The notes under the pieces are model-generated. The model made no database searches. It was given only the letters and a program-made list of their open reading frames with translations, and was not told where the DNA came from. A stretch of DNA of 63,450 bases, filler included, from Trichomonas gallinae (lineage: Eukaryota), in NCBI GenBank assembly GCA_008369845.1. It is 7 parts of 7 records of this genome, joined end to end, with 100 filler letters (N's around TTAATTAATTAA, not from the genome) between each part and the next. Parts side by side here need not be neighbours in the genome. Positions count along the whole stretch, not along the records: positions 18,119 to 39,810 come from MRSU01000780.1; 6 more parts are not named here. One strand, 5' to 3'. Position 1 is the stretch's first letter; each line of letters opens with the position of its first letter. Below, piece by piece: positions 20,899 through 32,601 of the stretch. The position numbers and the translations under genes are program-made.

Positions 20899-21418
20899 CA
20901 GCCATTCAACAAAAGTGTACGTTTATTTTTGAGAAAGAATGTAAAAGTCAAAAATTTTGTAAAATGTCAAACTGCATATAGCCTTATAAAAGTGTCGATA
21001 ATTAAATTTTAAACAATTCCATCATTATTTGTTATTAATAGATAATGAATAATGATTATTAATGAAGGAACATATGAAAACAAAACGATTGGTTACTACA
21101 ACCACAAATTACTTCATTCGTGTTTTCTATCACGACTTCAAAATTTCGCGTTATTTCGAAAATCGATATGTATTATTGTACTAGTTGTCATAATGGTATC
21201 CCATGTGGAATATACCATAATACAGATTGTGTTGAGCTTTGGGCGTAAGTTAATATAAATTTGTATATCAAAGATGTAACCATAAGTAATTGTTTAATAT
21301 ATAACTATTTTCTATCATATGTGCTTATTACATCAATGTTGCTAATCATTATATCATAAAAACAATATTTTGTCATGTAATTTTATTTTTGTAATTGTAA
21401 ATAAAATTGTCAAACTTT

Positions 21419-22150
21419 ATGCTTACGAAAAAAATTCGTGCGAAAATGCTTCTAATGAATAAGCAAGAAAACTACGATTTACGTAAAGTCAATATACCGA
21501 ATAGAATACAGCAAATAGTTTTGTATATACTTCGAAATTCAGATTCACCAAATAATGATCTTATTTATCTTGGACTTTACTTTGATAAAAATCGTTTATT
21601 AATTGATATTGATAAGTTTTCTAAAGTTGTTTGTCTTCCAAAATCAACAATTTTGATGGATCTTGACAAACATGGATTCACTAAAGAAAATGAAGAACCA
21701 CTACCTGATCAATTTAAGAATTGGCTGCAATTTACTAATGGTAATAGCCAAGATGCTCAAACTATGTATCAAGTTGTTGATAATAATCCGAAATTCATGA
21801 AAGAGCAACAATACGAAACAGATATCTCCGAAAATAACTCAATGGCGAATGATACAATTACGCATTCGAACGTCAAAAAAATATCAATTCAATTACCAAA
21901 TACTTTTACTTTAGAAACGCAATTCAATGATACTGGATATGTTGATAATAGATATGCATATATTCACACAGCTTCTGAAAGATTTGTCAATCTCACGAAT
22001 ATTTCATGGAGAAAAATCGGAATAAGTCCAAAAGAGATGCAAGCTATGCTTATTGGTTCGGGCAGTACTTGGATTTCAATCATGAATCTTCAAACTTCTC
22101 AAGATCGAATTTTGAGTTCAGTCATTGAGCCACAAATTACCGAAAAATAG
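21419..22150 (+). CDS. Initiator-binding-domain (IBD, IBP39-like winged helix) protein
   Basis: N-terminal LGLYFDKNRLLIDIDKFSKVVCLPKSTILMDLDKHGF resembles the trichomonad IBD pattern (GxxW...xNxxxL..LxxKxNSxNxNxRxHGF). The start codon is uncertain (21419, 21446 or 21455). Confidence 0.6.
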   Translation: MLTKKIRAKMLLMNKQENYDLRKVNIPNRIQQIVLYILRNSDSPNNDLIYLGLYFDKNRLLIDIDKFSKVVCLPKSTILMDLDKHGFTKENEEPLPDQFKNWLQFTNGNSQDAQTMYQVVDNNPKFMKEQQYETDISENNSMANDTITHSNVKKISIQLPNTFTLETQFNDTGYVDNRYAYIHTASERFVNLTNISWRKIGISPKEMQAMLIGSGSTWISIMNLQTSQDRILSSVIEPQITEK

Positions 22151-22599
22151 ACAATTTTATTTAAGAAATGATCTTTTCAAGTTCTGAATCTTCATTTTCG
22201 TACTCTAACTTTATGCAAATCAATATATGGAAATCTAACTTAATTTATCTTCATATATGATGTACAGAGCTTACATATATGAAATATTTCTTTTCAGATA
22301 TTATCTCACATCAGATTTTCGATCAAAGATTTTATGGCGATTTGCAACAAGAAAAATTCGAAAGAAACATTTGTACGCACTAGATAATTATTACTCTGTT
22401 GTATATAATATAGCGTACCTAATTGGAATTTATATTCTAGATCATTAGGATTATATTAAATAAAATATGTATGTTTTACATTATATTTCGTTGTATTTAT
22501 TTCATTTGGTACAAGAATCTCTTTTTTTTTGGTAAGTTATGATATTTTTGACAAGAATTATTTACATGACATAAAAATAGTTTTAAATTTTCTTGTGGA

Positions 22600-23367
22600 A
22601 TGAATAAAGATAAGATGGAATCTGCAGTCAACGCGATGAAAGCATTGCAAGACCACATCAATCACTTGCAAGAAGAAAACGACACGTTAAAGCACGATAT
22701 TACTATTCTTCGTTTAAATTTATCTGCACAAAACTCTAATGGTCTTGCAGCTGACGACCAGCTAAATAGTAAAGCTCAAAGGGTTGCAAGCCAATTAAAT
22801 GCTGTTTCAGAGTCATTGATCACACTTCGCCAGCTTAGAAGAGATAAAGCTGATCTTCAAGACTTGAATACGAAAATACAAGATGAATTAGGTCAACAAT
22901 TAAGAAAAAATATAATGCTTCGCCATAAAATTCAAATATTAAAATCAAAATTAGACGAAATTCTTGGATCAGAAGATGAATTGGATGCCATTTTACTAAA
23001 ATATCTTTTACCGCCACCAACAAATTCAAATTCTCACTTAGATATCAAATTTAATATTAATATTCAATCTAAATCGCCTAATTCAGAATCAGCTAAATTA
23101 CAGGTATTGCTTAAAGAAATTCAATCATTGCCAGCAACTCCACACGGAGAAACTGTTAAATTCAAGAATGAAATTTTCACAACTCTTTACAAAGTCAAAT
23201 CAAAGATAGACCAGCTAAATTATGAGATCCAAATGGTTTTAAACAGCTCCAGACCTCAATCTTACAAAGATTCGATAATTAAAAGCAAAAAACTACAAAT
23301 AGAAGTTCTTCAATCTGCAACAAGCCGTTTTCATAGGTTTTCTAAAACAGGCTCACCAACAAAATAG
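22600..23367 (+). CDS. Coiled-coil hypothetical protein (255 aa)
   Basis: ATG-started ORF with heptad-rich AVNAMKALQDHINHLQEEN. Confidence 0.75.
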   Translation: MNKDKMESAVNAMKALQDHINHLQEENDTLKHDITILRLNLSAQNSNGLAADDQLNSKAQRVASQLNAVSESLITLRQLRRDKADLQDLNTKIQDELGQQLRKNIMLRHKIQILKSKLDEILGSEDELDAILLKYLLPPPTNSNSHLDIKFNINIQSKSPNSESAKLQVLLKEIQSLPATPHGETVKFKNEIFTTLYKVKSKIDQLNYEIQMVLNSSRPQSYKDSIIKSKKLQIEVLQSATSRFHRFSKTGSPTK

Positions 23368-23596
23368 AATTTAGACAAAATTCATGAATAGCAACAAATT
23401 TGTGCATTAGATATGTGGTATTATACAAGAAACGCTACAAATAGATGCATATGATACAAAAATATGTGAAATACAGCTTCTTTTGCAGTTTTCAAGTATC
23501 AAGATGAATTTTGATATGTAAAGTATAAAATTTGACATGTAAAGTCAAATGGCAAATATCCTTAACGTACAGATTTTAATTAGTTTTTTATTACGA

Positions 23597-23917
23597 ATGA
23601 CTGCAAGTCCGCAGAGATCTTTACACATGTCGGATTTACAGAGTCCAAAGAAATCAAAGAGAGAAAGAGAGACTAGCGATATTGAATTTTCAGCTCAATG
23701 TGCAGCTTCGAATAAAGAAATCGAATCACTTAGATATGACGTTCAATTGTTAATGACAAAAGCTCATGCATACTGTAAAGATACAGGCGTTAGCACAGAC
23801 GGTCCTATTCTACCATCAACTCCACCAAGATATACTTGCTCAAACATTTCTGGAGCTTCCTCGCCTTTCGGAATGAATGGATCTTATATGAATTCTCCAG
23901 GAAGATTTAGAAAATAA
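23597..23917 (+). CDS. Small Ser/Pro-rich hypothetical protein with several (S/T)P sites
   Basis: Probable start MTASPQR at 23597 (alternative 23549). Short coiled coil with SP/TP-basic motifs. Confidence 0.65.
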   Translation: MTASPQRSLHMSDLQSPKKSKRERETSDIEFSAQCAASNKEIESLRYDVQLLMTKAHAYCKDTGVSTDGPILPSTPPRYTCSNISGASSPFGMNGSYMNSPGRFRK

Positions 23918-24268
23918 GCAATCAAATTATATTGTTTTTTAAAAATGTATCTTTCTACATATTTGACATAGCACATACATTTTCACTGACTTTGATATCA
24001 ATAATGACATCGCATAAGTTTAAAAATATAAATAAAAAAAGATCTATGATCTAAATGAAAATATATTTCCAAGTTTTTCCAGTCCTCAAGTTTACATTCA
24101 AGAAGTCACATAACAATAAAACAAAATTCGAATGTTGTTCTTGAATTATTTTGTATTGATAAATATTGCAGGAAAGCATTGATATAAAATAATCCTATGA
24201 TGGCAAATGGCATCATATTGTTGCAAAGAAATAATGATTTTTGATAAAAAATAAACAAGATATTAACT

Positions 24269-25756
24269 TTATTCTTCAACAAGAAGGTGAATCATTGCTT
24301 CTAATGTCTTCTCTTCGTCAGGATACATAGATAGGATGTAGTCGTACAAGATAGGAACGCCATTACTTCTTTCACCAGAGATTGCATACCTGTCTGCTTC
24401 GTTATCATCTTCAGGCAGGCCAATACCAGCAGCGAACAGTTCTGACGTGACGTAGTGTTGGTCAGGTCCGCTGTCAGGAGCATCTGCACTCTGTTTGATG
24501 AGGTTGGCGCCTTCAGCGACATCCTTTTCGACGCCAATGCCTTTCATAGTCAAGAAGCCGAGATCGAACAATGCGCGAGAAAGACCGGAATCAGCAGACG
24601 CCATGATATCCTTGATGCCGTCTTCTATCTTGTTGTCGGCGATCTTGAACTCACCGCGCCACACCAAAGCAGCAGGCTCATTCAGCTCAGCCGCTTCGAG
24701 AAGCAGCTTCTTGCCGAGCTCCACGTCTTTGGATGTTCCTTCGCCTAAGAGCTTCATCTCGCCGAAGTAGGCCTTCGCTTCGTTGTTGTGGGACTTGTAA
24801 GCTTTCTCGAAGAAGTTCGCTGCTTCCTGCGGGTTCTTCATTGCGCCGCGTCCGACTCTCATCATCTTCGCGAGGTTCGTCTGCGCGAGAGGGTGGCCCG
24901 CATCTGCAGCTTTCCTGTAGTACCTGATGGCAGCTTCAGAGTCGAGGCGTTCGCCGTTACCGGTTTCAAGCATAAGACCGTAGCAGAACTGTGCTTCAGG
25001 AAGCCCTTGGTCTGCAGCTGACTTGAAATACCTTGCAGCCTCGGCAACGTTGGGACGGACACCTTCTCCCTTTAGCAGCATTGTGGCATAGTTGCACTGC
25101 GAGTCTGGATCGTTTTGGACTGCACCACGCTTAAAATATTTTGCAGCTTCACGGAGATTTTGAGGAATTCCAGCGCCTTTGTAGAGCATAGCGGCAAGGT
25201 TACACTGGGCATCAACATCTCCTTGATCAGCAGCAAGTCTGTAGTAACGAGCGGCTTCTTCCGCATTTTGTTCGACGCCGTCTCCTTGTTCGTACATCAA
25301 ACCGAGACAGAACTGTGCAGCAGCAAGGTTTTGGTCTGCTGCCATCCTGAAATATTTAGCTGCTTCGGGCAAATTTTGCTCAATTCCTTTTCCAAGCTGA
25401 TACATGATAGCTAAGTAGTTTTGTGCTGCTGCAATTCCTTTGTCAGCAGCTAATTTGTAGTAATGAGCAGCTTGTTGGAAGTTTTGGTTGCATCCTTCAC
25501 CATTTTCATACATAACGCCAAGATAGAATTGTGATTCTGTATCACCATGTTCTGCTTTCTGTAGATATCTCGAAAATCCTGTTTTTGAGTTTTTTGGAAT
25601 AACTTCTAAGATTGCTCGAATAATATCAAAGGCTCTTTCGCCTAATGAGTGACCCATCTCGTGGCAATTTCTGTAGCTCTGCAAAGCCTTCTGCAAATAG
25701 TTATATCCATCCTCGTAATATTCCTCCGAGGTCTTCTCCTCGTCACTATCTGCCAT
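24269..25756 (-). CDS. SEL1-like repeat protein (495 aa)
   Basis: Repeated AQxxLGxMYxxGxGVxQNxxEAAxYxxxAADxG units. Confidence 0.95.
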   Translation of the reverse strand: MADSDEEKTSEEYYEDGYNYLQKALQSYRNCHEMGHSLGERAFDIIRAILEVIPKNSKTGFSRYLQKAEHGDTESQFYLGVMYENGEGCNQNFQQAAHYYKLAADKGIAAAQNYLAIMYQLGKGIEQNLPEAAKYFRMAADQNLAAAQFCLGLMYEQGDGVEQNAEEAARYYRLAADQGDVDAQCNLAAMLYKGAGIPQNLREAAKYFKRGAVQNDPDSQCNYATMLLKGEGVRPNVAEAARYFKSAADQGLPEAQFCYGLMLETGNGERLDSEAAIRYYRKAADAGHPLAQTNLAKMMRVGRGAMKNPQEAANFFEKAYKSHNNEAKAYFGEMKLLGEGTSKDVELGKKLLLEAAELNEPAALVWRGEFKIADNKIEDGIKDIMASADSGLSRALFDLGFLTMKGIGVEKDVAEGANLIKQSADAPDSGPDQHYVTSELFAAGIGLPEDDNEADRYAISGERSNGVPILYDYILSMYPDEEKTLEAMIHLLVEE

Positions 25757-27690
25757 TTACAACAAAAATATTTTAACGATTTTAGTTAAATTTCTGACAT
25801 TTTACAAAATCATTTTTATTTATTTATATAATGATTATTTTTAAATTATAAATAATAAAGTATATGCATATTGTCATGTTCTATAAATTTATTAATAAAA
25901 ATATAAAAAATATATATTACAAATCTTGGAAAATTCACTTTTTGTTTGACTTAGAATTTTAAGGATTAAAAATTAATTTAGCAATGAATTATCAATGAAA
26001 TTAACCTAGCAAAACATCATCAACGCATAAGTACCATCCATAAAAATTGATGCATTGTAAGTTCATTAATTAAAAACCATATATAATTAATGTATCAATT
26101 TTTAAATCGAGAAATAATTTTTATAAACTTTGATATGATTTAGGATTGGCCTAAACTAATTATGTTAAGAATTTCGAACAAAGATCATGAATTTGAATAT
26201 TTGATAATATGTAAAATCACGGATTTTGACAAGACTTGGATAAGTGTATCGTTTATTTGATTAAAATAGTCCAGTTTAAGGTAATATTTCAAATTAATAT
26301 TAAACAAATTTCACAACACAGACAATATAATATTCATCTATAGACTCTATGTGTTACATTTATGGCATTGAAATCAAACATATATATTTAATCAAATTTT
26401 GAAAAATCTCTAAATTCATAACGAGATCGAAAGTAGTAGTGATATTTGTGTTGTATATCGACAATATATTACACTGGTAAATGATGGAATCGAACTTTCG
26501 ACAAATTTTACTTTGTTCGAAAAAATCTCAGCCTCAAACATTTGGCATATGTTTTTTAAACTAGAATCAGTATGGAGGCACATATTTTCGCATTATTAAT
26601 TGATGAACAAGAAATAAGAAATTGCGTTATTTCTGAAAAACACTAGCTGAGTTAAATTATCAGCCATAAATGCTGTTCATATCATATAGATACTTTTCAA
26701 AACATCAAAATATACATCTACTGATGTTTCAAAAATACAGGTAATTGAAAATTGTCGTTCAACATTGGGATTTTGCACACATGCTATATGTCGATAGATA
26801 AACTGTCTGATATGTATTCGCTGTATCATTCGTTTATGACGTTTTATCAAATATTGAGTTTAATAGAAAGGAATGAAATTACTTCAACTATGCATTAATT
26901 CACCCTGCATTCTCGTTGAAGCTTTAATAGATCTTAATTCACAATGATTCGAATTGAAATCATTGGATTCATCGGCTGGCAGCATGATATTATATATAAT
27001 CATGAAATAATTAGTCAAATCTCTCATTTCACATGATAATTATAAGTTGAGGAATCAATTTATATAAATTGATTGTATTATACTTAACTCTGCTTACTAT
27101 ATTGTTGGTTCAATCTATTTTAATTGAAATATATTCATTAAACATATCTAAAACAAAGAATTATCGAATTTCTTTGTGTAATTTTAAATTCATCACGAGA
27201 TAAATAGAATCGTATGTGTGTATCGTCATATTTAATAAAAATCAAGCAAAATCTATTCTAGCGCAATGATGTAGACAATTAATACAAATAAAAATAAAAT
27301 TATCTGGCTAATTTTAAAGATTTATTATGAATTTATTAAATATATGTAGTATTTATAGTTAAATCTAACTGATCCTATCCATAAATAGTGGATATGGCCA
27401 ACAACAAAGTTGTCTTCAGTCGAAATCTTGGAAAATATAATGGCATATCAAAAAATCATTTTAAAACCTGCAAATAGAGATGCACTGGGAATGATTTTTA
27501 ATAATTTTATGATGTGTCATGCAAAATTTTACATTTTTAAATTTGGTCATTTGACTTCCTTAATCATGGTTCACAACAATACATAACTGAACTTAATGTT
27601 TTAAGCAAGAAACTGTAAGAAATAAATAAAAATTTTGAATTCATAAACAGATATACATTTATAAACACGATTACTAATAAACACCTCAAT

Positions 27691-28137
27691 TTATAAATGA
27701 GATGACTTAAAAGAATGGGTATGGGAGCTCTTTCCATGGTGCTGTCCCGTGCACGACATTCCATGGCGAACTCTGTTATTTGTGAACCAGACATTAATCT
27801 GTTCACGATTTAATCCTGTTTTATCCATAAGGTCCTGTTTTTCTGAAGACGTTGGATAAGGATTGCTTTGGTGGTTCTTAAGCCAATGCATTAAGATTGA
27901 ACGTTGGTTGTCTGTAAATAGCGTACGTTTGCCCTCTTTCCTCTTCTTGATTGGGTTAGTGGAAGAAATCTCGGTTTCAACTTTTATAACTTGAGCTGGA
28001 AAAATTGACATCTGTGACTTGTCAATAATAATACCGCGGCTCATCATCAATGCATATATACCTGGAAGACTTCCATGATGATCGATATCCGCGTTATCGC
28101 TTGAGTCGCTGTTAGACATTGGGGAATAGCAGTACAT
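27691..28137 (-). CDS. TALE-class homeodomain transcription factor (148 aa)
   Basis: KRTLFTDNQRSILMHWLKNHQSNPYPTSSEKQDLMDKTGLNREQINVWFTNNRVR contains the PYP loop extension and WFxN. Confidence 0.92.
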   Translation of the reverse strand: MYCYSPMSNSDSSDNADIDHHGSLPGIYALMMSRGIIIDKSQMSIFPAQVIKVETEISSTNPIKKRKEGKRTLFTDNQRSILMHWLKNHQSNPYPTSSEKQDLMDKTGLNREQINVWFTNNRVRHGMSCTGQHHGKSSHTHSFKSSHL

Positions 28138-30546
28138 TTATCAAAAATGAGTTTTGTTAACTCTCAATTTTTTTGCCAAGCCACGGAATAAACTCTTCTT
28201 TTAGTTCCAAACTAGGCAAAAACGAAAAAATCAATGTGGATTTCAAAAAGTGGCTTTTTTGTGAACTGTTTGTGATGGGTCGAAATTGAATGCAAAGTCA
28301 CTTTTGATTGAATAATGACCACTTATCACAAGTGAAAGCAGTACTATTGTCTGTATATCACAGTTTATTAATTTATTTGATTTGTTTTTTCTGATGTTTA
28401 TTCTAAATGTTATTGAAAAAAATTGAATTCTAGTTGTTTTTTGTTCTCATTTCTCCATTTCATCAACGCATATGCGTATGAATTTTATAGGCAAAAGATA
28501 CAATTTAATCAATTTTGGAATGAATCTTTTTTCTGAAATAGAATTTCTTGTAATAAGGTAAGAGCATAGAAGCGCTAAGAGAAATTAATTATTATTCAAT
28601 TCCTTAATTTTCTCAAAATTAAATCTCGAAAATTTTCGATTTGACAAACTTTAAAATATGCTCTATTTATGTTATTTTGTATTATTTAAACATTTTCGTT
28701 GATGAAGAAATGGGAAACATCATTAACGAAAATTTTGCCGAATCAAGCGGTCGCATGGCAATTGTACAGCTCTTATAATAAAATTATTCAAAAACATTAT
28801 ATTAAATCTCGATTTAAATTTGAATAGAATATAATCGTAGAATAAATCAACAATTTTAATAAATACTACTTAATATTGTTAATCTATTATATTCGAAGTT
28901 TTCAATATATCACATATAATATCAAATCAATTCGTTGATTCTGGCTTTCCATCATTTTATTGGAAATATTATAATAAAATTCTTGATTTGATGTCGTTAA
29001 TAAATTGATCGTTTTAGGTTTCAAAAATTTGGCACTTTTCCCATGATTTTTATATTTTATTTTTAATTTTAATGAATAATGTATTATAAAGTGTCCTATT
29101 TTTTTACTTGACAAACTTTTTGAATGTAACTAAAGCAGATATGCCCTCAATTTCTGAACTCATTCGTTCATGAATAGTTCTTATAAATTGCTTGAAACAA
29201 TGAATATTTAAGCTACTCTAAGTCTGTTTACAACAATATTTTCCTTTTCTCATAGCAAAAATTTTTTCCAGAAATTAAACTCGTCGTTTTGAGCTATTTT
29301 AACATTATAGCATAAATTACAACCTCGTGTAAGTTCAAATATATCATGTTAACTATAAAACATCTATTTTTAATTTCCAAGAATTGAATGACATGTTGAC
29401 ATTTTGTTAGTTACAGCATGCCAGCTAATTATAATGTCAGTATATCAGCTTTGCATCATTATTGCCAATACCTTTTGTTTATATAATTTCATATTGAAGT
29501 TGGATAAATATGAATCTGATTCAAATATGTCTTGGGCAAAGAAGCATAGCCTTTCAGTTAAAGTCTGGATATTGTCCAAATATTTTTCGATAATTTTATT
29601 ATTGTTCACAGACAATCAATTTGTAGTGGGAACAATAAATTATTCTAATATGTATATGGTGCGATGGTTTATACATCCGATTTTCATGTTTTGAATTCGG
29701 AAAATAAGCAAATATTAAATCTTCGTTAAAATGGAGTGTGCATCATGTATCTAATGAATATGGTCGTAAAATTTCTATATGCGCTATTATTGAATTTTGA
29801 TGGCGTTGATAATAGGAGTTCAGTTTTGAAAACCTGGTAAATATTGCATTATAGTGTGCTGTAATGGATGGTTATATTCTTTTAAACACTTGAAATAAAT
29901 TAGTGAAAATTTCAGTTGGAAATTACCGAAAACTTCTAATATTGCTGTTCCATCACCCTCAGTCGACAAAATTCTTCGGAAATACTTAGAGCATGTAAAT
30001 ACATGTAACTGTCGGTATAACAAAGGAGAAAAAAAATCTTATGTTATAATTTTTAGGGGATACAACGGTAGAAGACCCCTAAATTATAGATTATAAGGGG
30101 GTAAAATTCAGAGTGAAATTTGAAATAGTGTATTCCCCTTTATTAAAAAAAAAAATAAGGATCTTTTTTCAATGTTGTTATCAATCGATTGATCCGATAA
30201 ATTTCATTGGAACTTCATCATATCTCAACACACACTTCCTACTTCACAGCATGTATAGCTGATACTATTCAACTAGTTCTCTGATCGCATTTATTAATTC
30301 ATAAAAAGTACAAGTTTTTTCTTTTTTTTTTTTTTTTTCTTTATTCAGACATTAATGTTAGTTGTTCCAGATCCTGAACATGATTATATTTAGAGCTATT
30401 AACGTCGTTACTACACCTCTGTCACAACGAAACTTAACATCTTATCATAAACTCTACTAAAAATAAATCTAGACGCACTAAAGTCAAAAAGAGTTTACAT
30501 GTCAAATATTTAAAAATTTTGACTTGTAATTTGTCAAATAACTATA

Positions 30547-31995
30547 ATGGAAAAGTTTTTTGCGTCTAACGAGTTCCTGATAAAAACATTCCAAAATGTA
30601 TCAGCGAAAATCAATGGGAAGGAGATTTCTGGTGATTTGGTGTTCACAAATGGTTTTTTATTTCATTATTCGGCAAATTCAGATTCAATTTCTTTCAAAT
30701 TTGGTCCAACAGACCTTGAAAACGAAGAATTATCTAAGAAACAATCAAAAGATCAGCCTCTTACATCAAAAAGCCAGTCTATGCTTAGAATTTTTAATAA
30801 TCAAACAAAAAGAAATATTATCTTAATATTTTCAGGAACTACTTGTAATTCAGATATAGTTCAAGTTATTGAGCAATACAAAGTTTTAAAATCCTCGCCT
30901 CCTCTACCAGAAGACAATGTAATTGAAAAACTCAAAGAAGTTATACCAGAAGAACTGCTAATAAACGAAAACAATGAATTAGATGCAAAATATGCTAAAG
31001 ATTTATTGAAAAACAATCCTGTTCTCGATAATTTATTGAGAACTTATCCAGATCTGCTTCAAGACGATTATTTGATTAATTTTCAGCATCAGATTATTGC
31101 TGGATTGCCAAATGGAAGGTTATTACCGAAAAATTCCGAAGCTGCGCCAAAAAAAGAATTTGCAATCGCTAAAGATAACTTTAAGACAGGATCCTTGAAT
31201 TTAGACAATCACCTTGTTTCACAGATATTCAGGAAACATCCAGGAATCTATGAAATATATAAAAACACAGTTCCATCGATAAAATCGGAAGAAGAATTCT
31301 TCAAGAAAGATTTTATTTCATTGCTAAGGGAAGCTAAGCAAAATGTGATTAAGAAACCTATAAAGCCAGCAAGTTTAGAGTCAGATATTCCTCATGCACA
31401 AGGAATCATCGAAAAATCAGAAATAAGTGGTGAAGAACTCAAAAGTCTTCAAACATATGCTGATGCAATATCAATTGGCAACAAATTTAATTCATCGGAA
31501 AATTATATTTCAGATCAACCGAAACAAGAAGAAAAAGAAGAGCAAATACAGAAAGAAGAAGAACCAGTAACTCAAATCCCACCACAATATTTCTATAGCC
31601 TCACAGAAGAAGAAATTCAAGATTATAACAACGCTTTACTTGAAATGAACATATCTTTAATGTCCACATCAGACAAAATAGACTTAGATCCACAGTTGGT
31701 GAGGAAAGCACTGCAAGATATGACTCCTGACGACGGAATGTTTCACGTTTTTACTCCAGATGAAGATGGAGAGATTCTCAAGGCAGCAACGCGAAAAGCT
31801 GAGCTCCAGATATTCTCGCATGCATTTTGGCAGGCTGTTAATCATGGAGATGCTGATAAATGCAAAAAACTTGGAGAAGCAATCGAAAAATTATCAAAAG
31901 TTGTTTCACAAGAAGCTGAAACTAGCAAACTTCCATTCTTATATAGAGATATTGATGCAATGCTCACTCCAATCATTAACTTCATTCATAACTAA
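30547..31995 (+). CDS. Putative TFIIH subunit p62/Tfb1-like (PH-like N-terminus plus BSD domain)
   Basis: LVSQIFRKHPGIYEIYKNTVPSIKSEEEFFKK matches the second BSD domain pattern of p62/Tfb1 (IFxxYPxVxxxYxxxVP..sExEFW). Beta-rich N-terminal ~110 aa and comparable length. Confidence 0.6.
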   Translation: MEKFFASNEFLIKTFQNVSAKINGKEISGDLVFTNGFLFHYSANSDSISFKFGPTDLENEELSKKQSKDQPLTSKSQSMLRIFNNQTKRNIILIFSGTTCNSDIVQVIEQYKVLKSSPPLPEDNVIEKLKEVIPEELLINENNELDAKYAKDLLKNNPVLDNLLRTYPDLLQDDYLINFQHQIIAGLPNGRLLPKNSEAAPKKEFAIAKDNFKTGSLNLDNHLVSQIFRKHPGIYEIYKNTVPSIKSEEEFFKKDFISLLREAKQNVIKKPIKPASLESDIPHAQGIIEKSEISGEELKSLQTYADAISIGNKFNSSENYISDQPKQEEKEEQIQKEEEPVTQIPPQYFYSLTEEEIQDYNNALLEMNISLMSTSDKIDLDPQLVRKALQDMTPDDGMFHVFTPDEDGEILKAATRKAELQIFSHAFWQAVNHGDADKCKKLGEAIEKLSKVVSQEAETSKLPFLYRDIDAMLTPIINFIHN

Positions 31996-32601
31996 TATAA
32001 TTACCATGCATTAACATAAAAATTGTTTGTATTTTTTTAGTTATAACACATAAATTTTAAATTTATATTTTAAAAGTCTTTGGTAAGTATTGGTGATCAT
32101 AAATATTAAATAGTAAATAAGTCCAGCGTTCTACTGGACAACAGCATTATTTAATGTTGCATTTAAGTATTTATATCAATGTTTGAACTTTATTCAATCT
32201 ACTTTGAAATATAGACATAAGATCCATGGCAGCAAAATTCAAATCAGTCATACCATCATTACGATTTCTTCTGTCTTAATTATTTAAAACATTGTGAATG
32301 AAAACAATGTTTTATTGATGACTCGCATATATAAGATGCTGATTGACTATTATCGTTCAAACTTGATGATTAAATTCCAATGAATTAGTTTTCTCAAGAA
32401 TAAAAAAAAAAACTTTTCTTCAAGTAATAAATTGTGAATGAATTTTGATATATCACAAAGATAAATGCAGTCCTGCTTCTATTTAAAGATCCATTAGTGG
32501 AAACTTTTTAGTATGAAAAGAAGCTTAAAACTATTTGAATATTTTAAAACAAAAATGTAATATTTAATGAAATAAGATGAAACAAACAAAATATATTAAA
32601 G

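Noticed and set aside
26730..26840. RING-like CTHAICR peptide in intergenic DNA
   Set aside because: Stop codon immediately follows, ligand spacing is incomplete and there is no supporting ORF.
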